Below, piece after piece: positions 55,715-64,000 of a stretch of DNA of 64,000 nt (position 1 is the stretch's first letter; the number at the start of each line of letters is the position of its first letter). The DNA is from a virus. The notes under the pieces are model-generated. The model saw only the letters and a program-made list of their open reading frames with translations. It was not told the origin of the DNA and made no database searches. The stretch is from the IMG/VR virus record IMGVR_UViG_3300037851_000222, positions 30,994 through 94,993 of that record. One strand, written 5' to 3'. A program made the translations under genes and the position numbers.

Positions 55715-56209
55715 TCAGTCCTTCGGGTGAAGGGGGGTAATGTCTTGGGAGGAAAGCACCTCGCCCTGAGGCGCCTCGGTCATCTTGACGCCGGGGTCGT
55801 ACTGCTCGGCCAGGGCCTCGCGGCGGGTCTTGCGCACGAAATCGAGCATGCCGACGAACGGGGTGCTACGCAGGTGGTCCCCATGCTCGGTGTCAGGCGA
55901 GGCCAGCATCAGGAGGCCGCAAGGCTGCTCGACACCATTGCGCTCGACCGTGTTGGGGCAGCAGATGCCTTCATTGATCGTGCCGTCGCTGAAGACGAAG
56001 GTCTGCACCTGGCCGAAGCGGGCTCGGTCGGCCACCATCTGCTGGCAGCGGCGGCAGCGCAGGCCGGTCTCGGCAATGTCCCAACGGGACACGAACTCAA
56101 TGTCATGCTCGTAGGGGTCGGCCCCCAGCGGGGTGAAGCCGAGGAAGATGGCGTTGCGCAGGCGCCACCAGCGCCGCAGCCGCGCCAGGAGACGCTTCAG
56201 GAAAACCAT
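55715..56209 (-). CDS. Zn-binding hypothetical protein
   Basis: Start MVFLKR; CRRC, CP..CG. Confidence 0.55.
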   Translation of the reverse strand: MVFLKRLLARLRRWWRLRNAIFLGFTPLGADPYEHDIEFVSRWDIAETGLRCRRCQQMVADRARFGQVQTFVFSDGTINEGICCPNTVERNGVEQPCGLLMLASPDTEHGDHLRSTPFVGMLDFVRKTRREALAEQYDPGVKMTEAPQGEVLSSQDITPLHPKD

Positions 56210-56637
56210 GATTGAACCTCGGATTGGTGAACGTCGGCGTTGGGCAGACACAAGGCCGACCAGAAGGCCCTGGTCAAGGCCGAGAATGACATCTGCGTGG
56301 AAAGCTGCCACTTCCCGCCGGGGAGGAATCGAAGGATGGAGAACCGCCAGAGGGAACGGTCTTGATCGAAATGGTGCAGGGTGAACAGATAGGCGTTCTG
56401 CCCGCAGTTGGCCAGCCTGGTCAACTGAAGGTGCTGGTTGGGGGTCAGGACATGCTTGCCCTCGACCTTGCACTCAACCCACGCGAACCCACCGGCCGCG
56501 CCGAAATAGCGATCCGGCAGGCCAATCGGCTGACCCAAAGCAACCCCAATGGCGCCGGTCATGGACTCGGTGCTCTTGGGAAAAGCCTTCTCGAAGCTCT
56601 CCCGCAGGATGACCTTAAACCTGCCCTCGGGTGTCAT
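56197..56637 (-). CDS. VRR-NUC/PD-(D/E)xK nuclease
   Basis: MTPEG.FK, GLPD, WVECK, LTPNQ. Confidence 0.8.
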   Translation of the reverse strand: MTPEGRFKVILRESFEKAFPKSTESMTGAIGVALGQPIGLPDRYFGAAGGFAWVECKVEGKHVLTPNQHLQLTRLANCGQNAYLFTLHHFDQDRSLWRFSILRFLPGGKWQLSTQMSFSALTRAFWSALCLPNADVHQSEVQSWFS

Positions 56638-56688
56638 GGCAGGTGATCATAAACACCCACAACCAATGGTGTTAGGGCAACCTTTTGC

Positions 56689-56943
56689 CTACAAAGTCTC
56701 GGCGTCGGGCGGGGCCTTCGTGCCACGGGGCACCCTGATCAGCACCTCGCCGCCGAAGGACTGCGCTAGCTTTTGCAGGGTTTCGACGTAGCAGTTGGAG
56801 TTGCCCTTGAGCAACTGGAACAGGCTGAATCGCCCGATCCCGGCCCGGCGAGAGACCCGGACGCGCCGGAGATCCTTCTTGGATCGGAGGCGCCCGAAGA
56901 ACTGCTCGACGGACAAGATTTCTTCATCTTCGGTGGCCATCAT
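56689..56943 (-). CDS. XRE-like HTH protein
   Basis: VSRRAGIGRFSLFQLLKG..N..VETLQKLAQ. Confidence 0.75.
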   Translation of the reverse strand: MMATEDEEILSVEQFFGRLRSKKDLRRVRVSRRAGIGRFSLFQLLKGNSNCYVETLQKLAQSFGGEVLIRVPRGTKAPPDAETL

Positions 56944-57251
56944 GGCACCCTCTCCAATCGTTTGGGGTTGATCGCGGCGAAAGGGAAGCGATCACTGACG
57001 AAAAAGCCGTCCACCAAGCCATCTGGGTGATTATTGGTGAGGATAACCTCGCGCCCCTGGGCCTCCTTAAACCAATGCGTGTCCCCATTGATTTCGTCGT
57101 CGACACGGAACCGCCAAACTTCAAGTGGCGGTGGGGTCGGGACATAGCGCGTACTGGTCACAGGACCGGACTCGGGCGCCTGCTGTATGTCCCCCAGGAC
57201 CACCTCGTCAATGGTGATCGTCACCTTGCGGAGGGTAATGTTTTGGCCCAT
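56940..57251 (-). CDS. Hypothetical protein
   Basis: AAGGAG RBS. Confidence 0.5.
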   Translation of the reverse strand: MGQNITLRKVTITIDEVVLGDIQQAPESGPVTSTRYVPTPPPLEVWRFRVDDEINGDTHWFKEAQGREVILTNNHPDGLVDGFFVSDRFPFAAINPKRLERVP

Positions 57252-57589
57252 TCTGCGGCTCCTTTCAAGAGGTCGTTCATATTGTTGTAAATACCGGTGA
57301 TCTGCTCAATGTAGCCGGCGGCCATCTGGGTCTGGTCATCCGGCCAATCGCACATCAGGACGCGGGCAGAAGCTGCGGAAATCACAGGCAGGTAAGACGA
57401 AGTGCCGCGGCTCCACACCTTGGCAGGCTTATCCCACGCTTGGGCCTGCACCTGCTCCTGGGTGTAAAACTGGCTGTAAAGGCCATAGTGAGCATTGCCT
57501 TCCCTTCGGAGGCAGAGCATTTCCAGGTGGTAGGCGGGCAACGACTCGCTGCCGGCCTTGTTGGTCCATCGTTGGGCCAGAATAATCAT
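57221..57589 (-). CDS. Hypothetical protein
   Basis: ATGA-coupled to the helicase. Confidence 0.55.
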   Translation of the reverse strand: MIILAQRWTNKAGSESLPAYHLEMLCLRREGNAHYGLYSQFYTQEQVQAQAWDKPAKVWSRGTSSYLPVISAASARVLMCDWPDDQTQMAAGYIEQITGIYNNMNDLLKGAAEWAKTLPSAR

Positions 57590-59490
57590 ACCAGTGCTCC
57601 CAAGTTGGGGGTGTCGTCGGTGAGGAGGGACAGGTAAAAGTCCTTGCCGGTCTTGTGAACCACGTTGGCGGTGCTTTCCTTGGCCAGCAGGGCTTGATAA
57701 ATGGCATTATCAACCCCGTTCGGGGTGAGAAGGTACTTGTAATAACACTTAAACTTTTGAGTCAAACGATGGATGCGGTCCTGAGTCTGCTTCCAGTTGA
57801 CGTAGCGATAATCCAACCCGAGGTAGTAGGTCTCAAAGCACGGGGTCATGCAGTTTTCCGCAACCAACTCAATCCCCTCGCCCATGGCCAACTGGCCCAC
57901 GAACAAGGTATAGCGTGGGTCGTTGTTCCAGGCGTCAATCGACCGATTGCGCATGGAACCGGAAATCTCGCTGTCGAACCGCAGAGACCAGATGCCGGCC
58001 TTGTGAGCCGCCTCGACCAGAGAGTTGATTTCCTCAGTAAAACGACACCAGACCACCACCTTCCGCCCGCGTAGCTCGCTCTGCAAGTCTTCCAACAAGG
58101 TTTCCTGCTTGATGTTGTTAAACCGCTTCCAAGTGCCGTCGTCCCCACGGACGATGCCCTGACAAATCTGCATCAGCTTCATCATTCGCTGGGCGGCCAT
58201 CTCAACCGTGACCTCGGCGTCTTGGATATAGGTGATCGCCTCTTTCTTCACCTGCTCATAGTAGCGGGCTTGGTCGTCGGTCATTTCCAGGTAGACCGGA
58301 GCGTGGACCTTCTCGGGCAGGTCCAGGGCCTCCTCTTTCTTGAGGAAGTAGCAATGCGAGGCCATCTTGGCCGCGATCTGCTCGGCCGCCGTCTCCTTGG
58401 CCTGCGGTGCCGTGTGTCCCTTGTTATCAACCGGCTGCTGGGTGAAGAACTGCTGCATAAACGCGGTGTGCGACACCCCGAGGGAACGCCCACCGTCTGT
58501 GATCAACATTTGATAGAACAGGGACGCCAGGTTGTTGCTGACGGGGGTTCCGGTCAGGGTCAGGCGACGGTTGCAGCGAAGGGAGATTTCAAGGACGCGG
58601 GTGGTCTGCGTCGTATGGTTCGCGCAGCGGTGGCACTCGTCCACGATGATCGCGTCATAGTGGTTCTGAACCACGATGTCCAACGACTCATAGTTGATGA
58701 TGTGGGCATGCGCCTGCATGCCGGCCTTCTTGAACTTGGATTCACGACTGCCGGTGATTTCCACCGAAGTCATGCCCTGCCAGTTCTTCAACTCACGAGT
58801 CCACGTCCGCATGACCGACTTCGGGCACACCACCAAGATGCCGCCGATCACGCCCCAGCGCGCCGGACGGTCCACCCGCCACTCCTTCTGCTGGGTTTTC
58901 TTGTTCTCGACCAACTTCATGTCCACTGGCCACCAGACGGGCTTGCCATCTGGCAGGTAGTTGGACATCGGGCGGATGTAGCCGTGGCGATACCACCCGC
59001 CGGCCATGTCGGTGCCGGCCTTGGTCTTGCCCGTGCCGGGATCCCATGCCAGCATCAGGCCGGTGACGCGCAGGCCCCAGTGATAGGCGATCTGCTGGTG
59101 GCGCATCGGCGCCCGATTGTTGTGCAGCGCAGTCGGGTAGGACGGAAGTTGGTCCGTGCTGCGCATGGACTTCTCGACCGCCAAGCGCACGGAATGTTCG
59201 TAATTGTCGGTCTCAATCTGCTTGTGGGCGTACTCGGCCAAGCCGGACTCCCACTGAATCGGGATATTGAACTCCTCGGCCACTTGCTTCAAGACCACCA
59301 CCGACGCAGGGGTCAGCGGGCAGTCCCACTCGCACTTGGACTGGTCCCACCGGGCAGGGCTGCCGATGTTTTTTATTTTGTCACGAAAGTTGTCAGAATG
59401 AAAAAAGTTTTGCTGGACAACCAAGTGAGGGTTGCCGCTGGCGGTCCAGTGGACCTTTGCGATCAAACAGTTTTGCTGGGCCACCATCAC
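57586..59490 (-). CDS. SNF2-family (SF2) helicase
   Basis: DPGTGKT, VVCPKSV, INYES, DECH, LTGTP, GEGIEL, QTQDRIHR. Confidence 0.92.
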   Translation of the reverse strand: MMVAQQNCLIAKVHWTASGNPHLVVQQNFFHSDNFRDKIKNIGSPARWDQSKCEWDCPLTPASVVVLKQVAEEFNIPIQWESGLAEYAHKQIETDNYEHSVRLAVEKSMRSTDQLPSYPTALHNNRAPMRHQQIAYHWGLRVTGLMLAWDPGTGKTKAGTDMAGGWYRHGYIRPMSNYLPDGKPVWWPVDMKLVENKKTQQKEWRVDRPARWGVIGGILVVCPKSVMRTWTRELKNWQGMTSVEITGSRESKFKKAGMQAHAHIINYESLDIVVQNHYDAIIVDECHRCANHTTQTTRVLEISLRCNRRLTLTGTPVSNNLASLFYQMLITDGGRSLGVSHTAFMQQFFTQQPVDNKGHTAPQAKETAAEQIAAKMASHCYFLKKEEALDLPEKVHAPVYLEMTDDQARYYEQVKKEAITYIQDAEVTVEMAAQRMMKLMQICQGIVRGDDGTWKRFNNIKQETLLEDLQSELRGRKVVVWCRFTEEINSLVEAAHKAGIWSLRFDSEISGSMRNRSIDAWNNDPRYTLFVGQLAMGEGIELVAENCMTPCFETYYLGLDYRYVNWKQTQDRIHRLTQKFKCYYKYLLTPNGVDNAIYQALLAKESTANVVHKTGKDFYLSLLTDDTPNLGALV

Positions 59491-59744
59491 GGCAGGAACT
59501 TCCGATCCTCGACCCACACAGGGTAGGTCTCCACGGGTTCGCGGTGCTTGGCCCGAAGGGACCGCAACTGCTGTGCCAACGCCTCATAATCGTCGCTGAT
59601 CTCTCCAACTCCGGCGTCAGTAGCGGCATCCCAGATGATCCACCAGCGCCAGCGGGTGCCGGGCTTGTGCCGCAATGTCGTTTTGATCCCCTGCGGGTTG
59701 GTCTTGCTGGCTCTAAGCCAGAAACGGTTGCGAGGCGAGTCCAT
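59487..59744 (-). CDS. Hypothetical protein
   Basis: Fills the polymerase-helicase gap. Confidence 0.45.
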   Translation of the reverse strand: MDSPRNRFWLRASKTNPQGIKTTLRHKPGTRWRWWIIWDAATDAGVGEISDDYEALAQQLRSLRAKHREPVETYPVWVEDRKFLP

Positions 59745-59746
59745 GC

Positions 59747-62182
59747 CTAGTGCCCCCAGTTGTGCTGCAACTTCCCCTCCACCCGGATGGTGATGAGGTT
59801 CTGGCACTCTGCCTGCATCTCGCTGACCATCAAGTCCTGTTGCCGCTGGAAAGCGTCCTTGCCCTGCTGGCCCTCCGGGTGTTCGGCCACGACCTCGTCA
59901 TGGACGAAGGCGGCGATATGCGAGGAGCGTAGCGGGTTGTCCCGATGCTCGGAGCCGTAGCCACCGGCCTGCGGGAACTGGTGATGGAACCAGCCCAACA
60001 TGATCTCGCGCCAGATGGCGTAGACCGCCCGCTTGGCGCCGTCCGCCGCGAGGCCCTGGAACTTGAAATTGGACATCTCGGTGAAGATGCACTTGGCCTT
60101 GACCCGACCGTTGATCAGGCGCGAGTCCGCCACGTCGCCGTGACGCGGGATAGACCGCTTGTGGCTGGCCAAGTAGTAGCCATCCACCTCAGGCACCGCC
60201 TGCCGCCATGCTTCGCGGACCTGCTTGGCCTCGTCAAACGTGAACTTCACGCCGTAGTTGTTTTCAGCGTAAGCGATGAAGGCGTTGGGGCCGAGACCGC
60301 CGGGGTACCCAAAGTTGCTGTTGCCGGAGACCGTGACCTTCCCGTTGCGGCGGGTCAGTACCCAGGATGACGGAACTGTGACACAAAATGAATCTGCTTT
60401 GGTGGACGGCTTGACCTTTGCACTGCCGAGGGGCCGGAAGAGCAGCCCATTAGGTCCACCGTTGACCGACATCCATTTAGCGTAGCGTGGGTCTGATGGG
60501 TTGTATTCTTTCGCCAAAAGCTCAAAATACACGCCGTTTGGGGTTATAAACACCAAACGATGCTCGGGGGTCACACACAAATCCATAAAATCCGATGTAA
60601 TGTGTAAAAAATCACAATCAAAATAATGATGCCAGTGGGTTGGAATGACGAACTCAATGCCTTGGCGACTATCATATTGGGCGACCATAACCTCGCGCCC
60701 ATATAGCTCGTCAATACGCTGCCAACCCTCTAGCGTCAACAACTCGGTATCAGCGGAATAACAAGCCTTGGCCCCCTGCCTATAGGTGAAATAAGGCTCC
60801 TTCTTCTTGTTGTCCCTCACCTCCTCATACGGCTTGCCGGCGATCAAAGCACCTGTGAAACTGTGAACGTCGACATCCCGGTCGATCATGTCGCCCAGGG
60901 CACACTGGATGTGTGGAAACTCCTTGCGGATCGTCGCAGCAAGGGTGCAAAGCTCCAGCATGGAGTAATCCACCGTGCCGAACTGGTGCCCGGGGCGGGG
61001 GACAAACTGATCACGGTACCCGCTATTGTCGGGGTCTTTCTTGTCGTCTCGTGGGATCGTCTGGTGGCCTGGTGAACACGATGTCCGGCCGGTGGTGACG
61101 AGAGAGCAATACCGACCGTGCGAAACCTCCACGTCATAGGGCTTGATGTAGCTGGACAGCATCTTCTCTTCATGATGCAGCTTGACAAACCTCTCCAAAT
61201 CAGGGGCGATGTCGAACAGGTGCTTTATGACATCCTCGGAGACCTGCAACTTCCCTTTCGGGGTGCGAGGGAACCCAGGAACCCGTTTGGTGAACAGGCC
61301 AAAGTTCTGCACAGGGAGCCACGCCGGGGGGCAGCCGCGCTTGCCGGCGGCCTCCAACTCCTCGCGCAGGTCCGTTGTGCTTGGCGCGTCCTGCCAACGG
61401 AACGAGGCTCCACAGGCCTCCTGCAAGATCACCTTCTGCTTGTAGTTGAACAGAGACGAGACATCGCCGGCCAGCTTGGCCTGTGACCCCTTGCCGCTCC
61501 ATCCATGATGCCCGATGGCGGCCTGCAAGGCGTCGATCTTCGACTGCTGCCTGGCAGCCAGTTCTCGGTTCTTCTTCCGGTCTATGGCGAAGCCCCACAC
61601 GCCGATGGCACGCAGGGCCATGTCGCCACGGACTTGAGCCTGCTCCGTAGGCCAAGTGGCGTTGATGCCGCCCTGGGCCTGGAACACCTGCCAAGTCAGG
61701 CGGGCGTCGTCCATGGCGTAGTCCAGCGCCTCCTTCGGCCAGGAGGCGAAGTCCACACCGTGCAACGTGCCATACTTGAGGCGCCAGACATCGCCCTCCT
61801 TGGTGGCGGAAATGTCTTTCCCGAGGTACTTCAGGACCAAGTCGGCCAAGCTGATGAACTGCCGATACCCCTGGCCACCGTTGGTGGCGAGGTGCTGCAA
61901 CTGCTCGCGGATCGTGGTGTCGAAGACCCTCCCCTCATCCAAGGCGCGCAGGATCAGCGGGATGAACTGCGGATGCCAAAGCATCATCACAATCAGGTCG
62001 TAGCTGATCGTCTGCCCCACAAACACATTGCCGGGGTCGGCCCACCGCGCATAGGTCGCCGGGTCTTCCGGGTTGGTGATGAACGCATTTTGCCCGTCAG
62101 ACCAAGTGCAGCAAACCGGTCTGGGGGCCTGGATGCGATCCGTGATCAGGAACGTCTCGGTGTCGAAGGCGAGGACGCGCAT
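59747..62182 (-). CDS. Family A DNA polymerase with 3'-5' exonuclease, intein-interrupted
   Basis: FDTET, YAMDD, TGRTS, VDYSMLEL, RQGAKA/SNFG, FQGLAAD, FVHDE. Confidence 0.95.
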   Translation of the reverse strand: MRVLAFDTETFLITDRIQAPRPVCCTWSDGQNAFITNPEDPATYARWADPGNVFVGQTISYDLIVMMLWHPQFIPLILRALDEGRVFDTTIREQLQHLATNGGQGYRQFISLADLVLKYLGKDISATKEGDVWRLKYGTLHGVDFASWPKEALDYAMDDARLTWQVFQAQGGINATWPTEQAQVRGDMALRAIGVWGFAIDRKKNRELAARQQSKIDALQAAIGHHGWSGKGSQAKLAGDVSSLFNYKQKVILQEACGASFRWQDAPSTTDLREELEAAGKRGCPPAWLPVQNFGLFTKRVPGFPRTPKGKLQVSEDVIKHLFDIAPDLERFVKLHHEEKMLSSYIKPYDVEVSHGRYCSLVTTGRTSCSPGHQTIPRDDKKDPDNSGYRDQFVPRPGHQFGTVDYSMLELCTLAATIRKEFPHIQCALGDMIDRDVDVHSFTGALIAGKPYEEVRDNKKKEPYFTYRQGAKACYSADTELLTLEGWQRIDELYGREVMVAQYDSRQGIEFVIPTHWHHYFDCDFLHITSDFMDLCVTPEHRLVFITPNGVYFELLAKEYNPSDPRYAKWMSVNGGPNGLLFRPLGSAKVKPSTKADSFCVTVPSSWVLTRRNGKVTVSGNSNFGYPGGLGPNAFIAYAENNYGVKFTFDEAKQVREAWRQAVPEVDGYYLASHKRSIPRHGDVADSRLINGRVKAKCIFTEMSNFKFQGLAADGAKRAVYAIWREIMLGWFHHQFPQAGGYGSEHRDNPLRSSHIAAFVHDEVVAEHPEGQQGKDAFQRQQDLMVSEMQAECQNLITIRVEGKLQHNWGH
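60320..60763 (-). mobile_element. Mini-intein (148 aa) in polymerase motif B
   Basis: CYSADTELLT..GW, VTPEHR, ends VTVSGN with +1 Ser; AT-rich; no endonuclease domain. Confidence 0.92.
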
Positions 62183-62224
62183 ACCAACCTCATTGCGTTT
62201 GAGCCAGAGACGACGGAGAGATTC

Positions 62225-62470
62225 CTAATCGCGGGCGCGAAGCTGATCGCACTTGATCTTGATGATCAAGTCATTCAGGAACATCGCCTTCTCGTCATCA
62301 GCCAACACCTTGCCGATGATCACCCGGAGCGAATGCGGGCTGGGGTAGGTCTTCTCAATGGGCTTCTCGCCAGGATCCTTGAACTCAATCCGCACCTTCA
62401 GGTCGGTCGGGTCCAAAGTGATCGTGTGCTTGGCGCACTGGATCGTCACGAGCTTGGCATTCTTGATCAT
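62225..62470 (-). CDS. Hypothetical protein
   Basis: GAGGT RBS. Confidence 0.55.
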   Translation of the reverse strand: MIKNAKLVTIQCAKHTITLDPTDLKVRIEFKDPGEKPIEKTYPSPHSLRVIIGKVLADDEKAMFLNDLIIKIKCDQLRARD

Positions 62471-62488
62471 GGTCTACCTCGTAGAAAT

Positions 62489-62518
62489 GACAGGGGGCAC
62501 ACATCGTGCCCCCCTGTC
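62489..62518 (-). terminator. GC-rich hairpin after the SSB-like gene
   Basis: GACAGGGGGCAC/GTGCCCCCCTGTC; short U-tract. Confidence 0.5.
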
Positions 62519-62529
62519 GTGTTGGTTGA

Positions 62530-63435
62530 TCAGCGGGCGCCGAACTGCGGGGGCGGCGGGGGCGGCGGTATGCCGGCCGGCGTCTGGAACTGTGGCTGAA
62601 GCGGGGACTGCTGGAACTGAGGCTGGGGCGGCGCTTGCTGGAACTGCGGTTGGGCAGGCTGCTGGAACTGCGGTTGGGGTTGAGGCTGGAACTGCGGTTG
62701 TGGTTGAGGCGGGAACTGCGGTTGGGCAGGCTGCTGGAACTGCTGGGCTTGGGTCACGGCAGGAGCCGCGTTGGCTGCCGAGTGGACGCCCATGGCGGCC
62801 AAGGTGAAGGCCTCGTTGGTGAAGAAGCCCCAGTTGTGATTGGCGAAAGCCTCCTCGTAGGACTTGCCCTCGCGCATCTGCTTCTGGCTGCGCCGCACCT
62901 TCAGGTAGGCGTAGACCGGGCCGCGAGTCTGGAGGGCCTGGATGCCCTCCAGAGCCTTGATCGCCACCTGCTCGGGGGTGGGGTTGCTCATGGCGAACTG
63001 CGCCGACTGCTCCATGCCCCAGACGGCCTTGAACAGGTCCGAGAGGTCTTGGATCTGGAAGGGCCGCTCCCAGAGATTGACGTGCCCGTACTGCTGGCCG
63101 ATGTTGCTGGCCACGGTCGAGTCAACGACCTCAAACTCCAGCAACAGCATGTTGCCGCCGGCCTGACGCTGCTTCAGTTCAGCCAGGACAATCTTCACGA
63201 CGTGGTCGCCATCATCGGCCTTGACGCGGCTGACCGCCGCCCGGGGCGGCTGGGTCAGGTAGCCGGCCATGATGTTGTGGGTCGCAGCGCGTCCGATCTG
63301 CTGCAACTGCTGGGCGGCCTGCTGCGGGTTCCGGCTGGGCGGCGCCTGCATCGGCTGCTGGGTTTGGTGGGGGTACTGCTGCTGCGGCTGCTGGAACTGC
63401 TGCGGCGGCTGCTGGGGATACATGGGCTGGTTCAC
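62530..63435 (-). CDS. SSB-like (OB-fold candidate) protein with Q/P-rich termini
   Basis: GAGGAG RBS and GTG start; DGDHVVKIV..MLLLEFEVVD; QPQF repeats; adjacent to the polymerase. Confidence 0.55.
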   Translation of the reverse strand: MNQPMYPQQPPQQFQQPQQQYPHQTQQPMQAPPSRNPQQAAQQLQQIGRAATHNIMAGYLTQPPRAAVSRVKADDGDHVVKIVLAELKQRQAGGNMLLLEFEVVDSTVASNIGQQYGHVNLWERPFQIQDLSDLFKAVWGMEQSAQFAMSNPTPEQVAIKALEGIQALQTRGPVYAYLKVRRSQKQMREGKSYEEAFANHNWGFFTNEAFTLAAMGVHSAANAAPAVTQAQQFQQPAQPQFPPQPQPQFQPQPQPQFQQPAQPQFQQAPPQPQFQQSPLQPQFQTPAGIPPPPPPPQFGAR

Positions 63436-63463
63436 GGGGTGTCTCCTCGTGGTGGTGGGTTGG

Positions 63464-64000
63464 TCAGGGGAGGACGATCTCATCCATCGACAGGCCACCC
63501 TTGGCGACCAGGATCAACTTGGTGGTGCGGGCCAGGAGTCCTCGGAGCAGGTTGGGGTCGACCACCCACTCAAAGTTCTGGACCAGGACGTAGACCAGGG
63601 GGTGCTGGGTGATCAGGTCGTGGAAAACCCGCTCCTTGACCTGATCGCCCTTGCGGAAGCCCTTGACATCGGCCAAGTCCTCGGCGCACAACTGCGCCAG
63701 GGCGTTCTTCTCCGACACCCGGGCCAGGACGTTGGCGTCGGTGTAGCCGGCCAGGTTGACCTGCTTGAGGTCTTCCATGCGGACCACCAGTAGGGTCACA
63801 GCCCCGCCCATCGCCGCGGCGGCCTCGGCACGGCTCATGGGGCGACCGACCGGTGACGCTTGGACCGGGGCAGGGTACTGGGCCGCCGGTGCGGTCTGCT
63901 GGGCCATCAGCGCCGGGGGGGCCTGCTGCGGGGCCTGGGCGGGGGCGGCAGACAGGAAAGACAACCCGGGAGGGGGCGAAACCTGCGAAACGGCGGGGGG
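63464..64000 (-). CDS. Hypothetical protein (possibly 5'-truncated)
   Basis: Open from at least 63964; A/P/Q-rich. Confidence 0.45.
   Translation of the reverse strand, partial: PPAVSQVSPPPGLSFLSAAPAQAPQQAPPALMAQQTAPAAQYPAPVQASPVGRPMSRAEAAAAMGGAVTLLVVRMEDLKQVNLAGYTDANVLARVSEKNALAQLCAEDLADVKGFRKGDQVKERVFHDLITQHPLVYVLVQNFEWVVDPNLLRGLLARTTKLILVAKGGLSMDEIVLP

Overview
This is a 64 kb, high-GC segment of a bacterial dsDNA virus genome; both terminal ORFs run off the window. No terminase, portal, HK97 capsid, sheath or tape-measure gene is recognisable. Block A (1-22.8 kb, minus) holds spike/receptor-binding proteins, Cys-Cys-tagged and Cys-rich proteins, four small beta-sandwich (jelly-roll-like) paralogues, two ADP-ribosyltransferase-like genes and two ParB-like genes. 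Block B (22.9-35.7 kb, plus) holds accessory genes: a DHH phosphoesterase, a PAPS-reductase-like protein, a C5 methyltransferase and five MNAC-leader mini-ORFs. Block C (35.7-52 kb, plus) holds about ten tail-anchored membrane proteins carrying xGLG motifs, basic modular proteins punctuated by Asn-Pro (NP) motifs, a transglutaminase-like Cys-His-Asp enzyme, a protamine-like protein and a probable major capsid protein. Block D (52-64 kb, minus) holds HTH regulators, a serine recombinase, a VRR-NUC nuclease, a SNF2 helicase, a family A DNA polymerase with a mini-intein and an SSB-like protein. The best interpretation (inference) is a large tailless, membrane-containing virus. The most notable signals are three short peptide tags (NP, xGLG/YVxAPSY, PTLAEPxxCC) that each mark a class of putative virion proteins, a palindromic operator GTWTAWAC sitting exactly 7 bp upstream of the -35 box of four structural-operon promoters, and a tandem covarying hairpin element. 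All family assignments come from motifs recognised by eye, not from database searches.
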